From contig NIVC01004703.1 of NCBI GenBank assembly GCA_002269645.1, forward strand, positions 1-37,503: a stretch of DNA of 37,503 nt, written 5' to 3'. The notes under the pieces are model-generated. The model had not been told where the DNA came from and did no database searches. It saw only the letters and a list, made by a program, of their open reading frames with translations. Below are positions 33,354-37,503 of the stretch, piece after piece (the first letter of the stretch is position 1; the number at the start of each line of letters is the position of its first letter). Both the position numbers and the translations under genes were made by a program. This DNA is from Macrostomum lignano. Its lineage: Eukaryota.

Positions 33354-33564
33354 CTGCGAGCAGTGTTGCCAATGTCAGCTCAAATAATGCAAATTGGTGC
33401 ACGAACAGTTTTAATAAGTTATTTTTGGTCTGTTCTCTACCACTTAGTAAGAGTTCCCGATGAAAACCGGTACAAATTACGTCGAACTCCTTGCAACTGC
33501 TATCCTCATTGTACTATTTTTAAGTGGACTACTTAAGTAAAACGCCACATGTACAACCCACGGA

Positions 33565-33730
33565 CTACTCAAGTAGAAGGACGGGAAAGTACAAGTACGT
33601 TTCCTGGAAATTTGAAAAAATGAAAAAAATACATTACGGAGATAGCAGGTTTTCATTTTTAGCACAAATTTTTTTATTGCTTTTGATATAATGAAGACCC
33701 AATGTTCATCTTTAGATATGCCTTGCCTTT
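33565..33730 (+). mobile_element. Dispersed repeat, copy B (single CTACTCAAGTAGAAGG end), in an mGluR intron
   Basis: Collinear similarity to 26881-27030. Confidence 0.7.
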
Positions 33731-33958
33731 CTTATATTTCAATGGAAGTAGCTCTATTGATATTAATAATGTTTTTCTTTAAGAAAATTAGGATTCTATG
33801 CTAATTTTGTAACCTACGTACAGTCGTACTTGTCCTGTGTCTAAAAATCACAAAAATGGCACAGCTCGACTCATTGGTTTTATGAATCTATCTTATCATC
33901 ATTCTTAGTTTAATGACTGTGTAACAAAATGTGTAACGGAACGATAAAATAGACTTAC

Positions 33959-34246
33959 CGACCACAGCCCGCCGCTCTGGCAGCAGGCTGATGGCGCCCT
34001 CAGCCAGAAACTCGTCACCCAGCAGGTGGTCGGTCTTGCGACCCCAACCATCGCTGGCGACCCAGAACAGGTCGCGTCTGTAGGGCTGCCGCCTGGCCAG
34101 AAGCCGGAACAGCAGACGGAGGGACTCGGCCTGGCAGTAGGTCACAACCACCCGGGACTTCATCTCCAATAGGCTGCTCAGGATGGACTCCAGACTGCCG
34201 TTTATGGCATTACGCCGGATCATGTGGTTCCCGCTAATGCAGATGC
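33959..34246 (-). CDS. mGluR: mGluR Venus flytrap exon (GICISG...SRVVVTYC...WVASDGWG...EGAISLLP)
   Basis: Acceptor gacacag|GC, donor GTCG|gtaagt, phase 1-1, 288 nt; conserved CI, RVVV, W.ASDGWG and EGAI. Confidence 0.96.
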
Positions 34247-34519
34247 CTGTGTCGGCGATTCAGTGTAAATAAAATTAAGGCTGGCAGGCAGTCTATACGT
34301 TTGATTCATTGATTAGGCTTCATGTGCTCTTAATTACTTCAAAAGATTCTAATTACTATAATTCATAAAGCTTAAAAGTCAAGTCTGGCAGGTTCGGGCT
34401 CCTTCCTTACCTGCGAGGACTGGGCACTTTGTCGACTACCTGCTGTGAGACCGGTCTTACATGCTGGTTTCATTCTGCTACTACTAGACTATAGTGCTTG
34501 ATGAGTCCCCTGAGCTCAC

Positions 34520-34736
34520 CTTGCTGGCTGGCATGCGCCTTAAACTCTTGGAAGCCCCTCTCGCCGTAGGTGCCCTCGTCGTAGAGGGCGGCAACGTAGT
34601 TCCAGTTCATTTGCTTCACTATGGCAACCATGGCCTTAGCCTGGTAGTTGTCCGGCGGCACAACTCGAAAAAAATAGTCAAATCTGTTGTTGTCGCTCAG
34701 CTCCGGGCTGGTGGACGCGTAGCTGATCTGCGGAAT
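34520..34736 (-). CDS. mGluR: mGluR Venus flytrap exon ([15 protein letters not shown]...[13 protein letters not shown]...WNYV...EGTYGERG)
   Basis: Hallmark mGluR motifs; acceptor cgcacag|ATT, donor CAAG|gtgagc, 217 nt. Confidence 0.96.
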
Positions 34737-36750
34737 CTGTGCGGAGACGCGGGAATCGACTTGAACTCACAGCTTCGATCGAATTGGCAAAGAGACAGAA
34801 AATTGGTACTGATTTTATTGAGAGCTTGACCTTTTGCACCTGGGATTCTTCGGCTTTCAGAAAACAAGATCAAGTCTCAGGCTAGTAAATAGCCAATTTC
34901 ATCATCTGTATCTTTCTAGCAATAGAAAGCGAAATGTACTTTTAAAATAGATAAATAAAGCACTAGTTTTTTAGTTTGAGAGCTCAAGCGAAACAATATA
35001 TTTTGCTGAACTGATGCGGTGCATAAATGAAAAGCGTTACCCATCGCGCCAGGCACATCTAGGACGGAGATTACGGGTATGCCATTAGTGCTGCCCCGCC
35101 GAGCACAGGAAATTGGCTACTCCGGGACTACAAAGTGTCACCAACCGGTTCTCACTGCCTTTCAAAAAATGGATTGATCGATTTATCGGGTTGAGATCTG
35201 CGGTTTCTAACAGGGTTAGCTGAACTGGCATTTGGTAGGTACGCTTCTGTTATCGGTGTCGGTAGGATGACCCTATAATTGGCATGACAGAACAACGCGC
35301 AGTTGTCTATGGCCAACTGAATAAAAAATTGTCTCCTCTAAAGAGACAGGACCAATATGAGATTTACTTGTTTGCGCACCTGACTCAATGACCACTAGAA
35401 GTAACGATGTCAACGGTGATGCAACATTAACTTTTAGCAGTCCTTGTCCTGACTATAAGCAACTTGTGCCACCTCACAGTTTTATTTTTCGCATTCATTT
35501 TGAAGTAAAAAAGTTTGCGAGTGGCTACTAACGATGCAGAACTTTCTCATGATTGCATCGACGGTCAGTGAGCACGAATTTTCCAGTGTCCATGATCGGG
35601 TGGGGCTGGAAAGTGGAAAGCAATTTTCAGGCACTTCCTGAGTCTTTACCCTCGCTGAGCCGTTGCTCTCATTCAATCAGCTAGCTCTGCTCAAACTTCA
35701 CGCTTTCGCACGGTCAGTTGCGTTCGTTCTGCCTCAACTCGCAGTAGAGCAGCAAAGACAAAAGCGTTCAGCTGCAGCTACAAGTAACTCGTACCGTGCC
35801 GCCACAGGCGTTCTTTATTTAGTTAGGGCCGATTCCCATTTGCCCTGATCCGACACCAACTGACTGCTCACTCACTGCAGTTTGCAGATGCTTGATGCTG
35901 AGAATTCCCCAAATTAGCAAAAACGGATCGGGTGAGCGAACGCTACGCAGACGGCAAGAGTTGCAGCCGCGCATTGGGCGGGACAAAAAAACACAAACCT
36001 GACTTTCCATTACAGCGCATTGCTAAGAACAGCGGAGCCGGCAGCAAATGCGATTTCCGCGGACTAGTAATGTAATTAGCGATCGGCATGGAAGCGTGTG
36101 CCGCGCTCGCACCGAGTTTCGGACTCGAGAATGCCCCCCTCTTGTACTATTCTGCGAGATGGACAAAGATGGACACGGGAAGTACCTCTTGAAGAGATGC
36201 AAAGCCTAGAGAGTCCTTACTGCATCTCGTTGGAACAAAGCGGGGCCAATATCGGGGCAGTTGCGAGAAGTGACGAGTGGAGCCGGTTCTCTTCGAAGCT
36301 CCCCCGACGCAGCACTCTTCCACTGTGGCTTCATTCGTGCTAAAAAACTGAACCAAATTCAGTTGGCTCATTCGATTTACCTTTTGAATTGTTTCTAATC
36401 TGTCTAAATGCTTTCTGCACTGCACTCGAACTATTGATTATTGCCCGTGGTCTCTTCCTCCGACTTTCCGAAGTCGAGATTCCGATGCTCATTAGTTAGA
36501 AGGATCCACCTAGCCGCTGGCTGACCTTTTCGTGAGTTGGCCAGCAAATATCTGCTTTTCAAAGCAGAACTCCAGCCTTCCTGCTCTTTCATAACCAGTG
36601 CGTGCAGCGCCAACCCAATGAGCTGCCTTGATAAATTTATGACTGTCAACCACACATCCAATTGATGATTGACATGGCTGGCTGACTGAGAGCAATACTA
36701 ACTAACTGCTATTGCTTATTATTGTACCATAACCTGTCAACTTATCTATT

Positions 36751-37140
<390 letters not shown>

Positions 37141-37156
37141 AGGTAGGGTAATCTGG

Positions 37157-37164
37157 TATCTATC

Positions 37165-37237
<73 letters not shown>
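37157..37237. repeat. (ATCT)n microsatellite, ~20 copies
   Basis: Read directly. Confidence 0.97.
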
Positions 37238-37503
37238 GTGCATGCAGCATTAGACCCACCTCATAGGTAAGTGAAACTTCTTAACCAATCAATTCCTTCT
37301 GTCTTAGTGGTGCTTTCATTGATTTCTGTCCCGAATGAGCGGGAGGGTTGACCGAAGGCTCTTTGATGTCATGCGGGTCACCAATCCCGTGATTTAATGG
37401 CCTGGTGCGTAATTTATTCCCTTCAACCGCTTGTCCTGCCGGTGACTTTGCTCTTCGAATTGATTTCGACATTCTGAGTTGACTACGCCCAGATCATTGG
37501 CTA

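Larger units (their letters stand above)
29698..34736 (-). other. mGluR: Metabotropic glutamate receptor-family class C GPCR gene, partial; N-terminal exons lie right of the window
   Basis: Exons 34736-34520, 34246-33959, 33353-33189, 32148-30860, 30715-30325 and 29993-29698 join in frame. Motifs: [23 protein letters not shown], the 9-Cys domain, TPLIRASGRELCY, TKTNRLSRIF, PENFNEAKYI and PKVYIVLFKPHKNV (closer to group II/III than group I). Confidence 0.96.

Overview
This is eukaryotic (animal, probably invertebrate) genomic DNA, not a prokaryotic locus: GC-rich exons with GT-AG introns sit in repeat-dense non-coding sequence. Two multi-exon genes lie head-to-tail on the minus strand, and both are cut by the window edges. 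(1) A canonical ankyrin (ANK1/2/3, unc-44 family): a probable start exon at 16754-16789, 24 ANK repeats over five exons (15531 to 6494), then linker exons ending in PVVSG at 2807. The ZU5 exon is expected to the left of position 1. (2) A class C GPCR of the metabotropic glutamate receptor family: the C-terminal part of the Venus flytrap domain, the 9-Cys domain, the 7TM region and a tail ending in ETAL* (34736 to 29698). Its N-terminal exons are expected to the right of the window. About a fifth of the window (my rough sum, ~7-8 kb) is tandem arrays of at least ten unrelated units, and there are several non-autonomous DNA-transposon-like elements. I found no clearly new multi-gene system. The best leads are: a Lys-to-Leu change at a conserved glutamate-binding position of the receptor (possible non-glutamate ligand); a 3.1-kb satellite that appears to have grown inside a dispersed element whose short form is also in the window; a CAC..GTG element with a 4-bp target duplication (Chapaev/CMC-like); and candidate cassette and alternative first exons of ankyrin. 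All exon boundaries were read by hand from splice signals and phase continuity and need RNA-seq confirmation.
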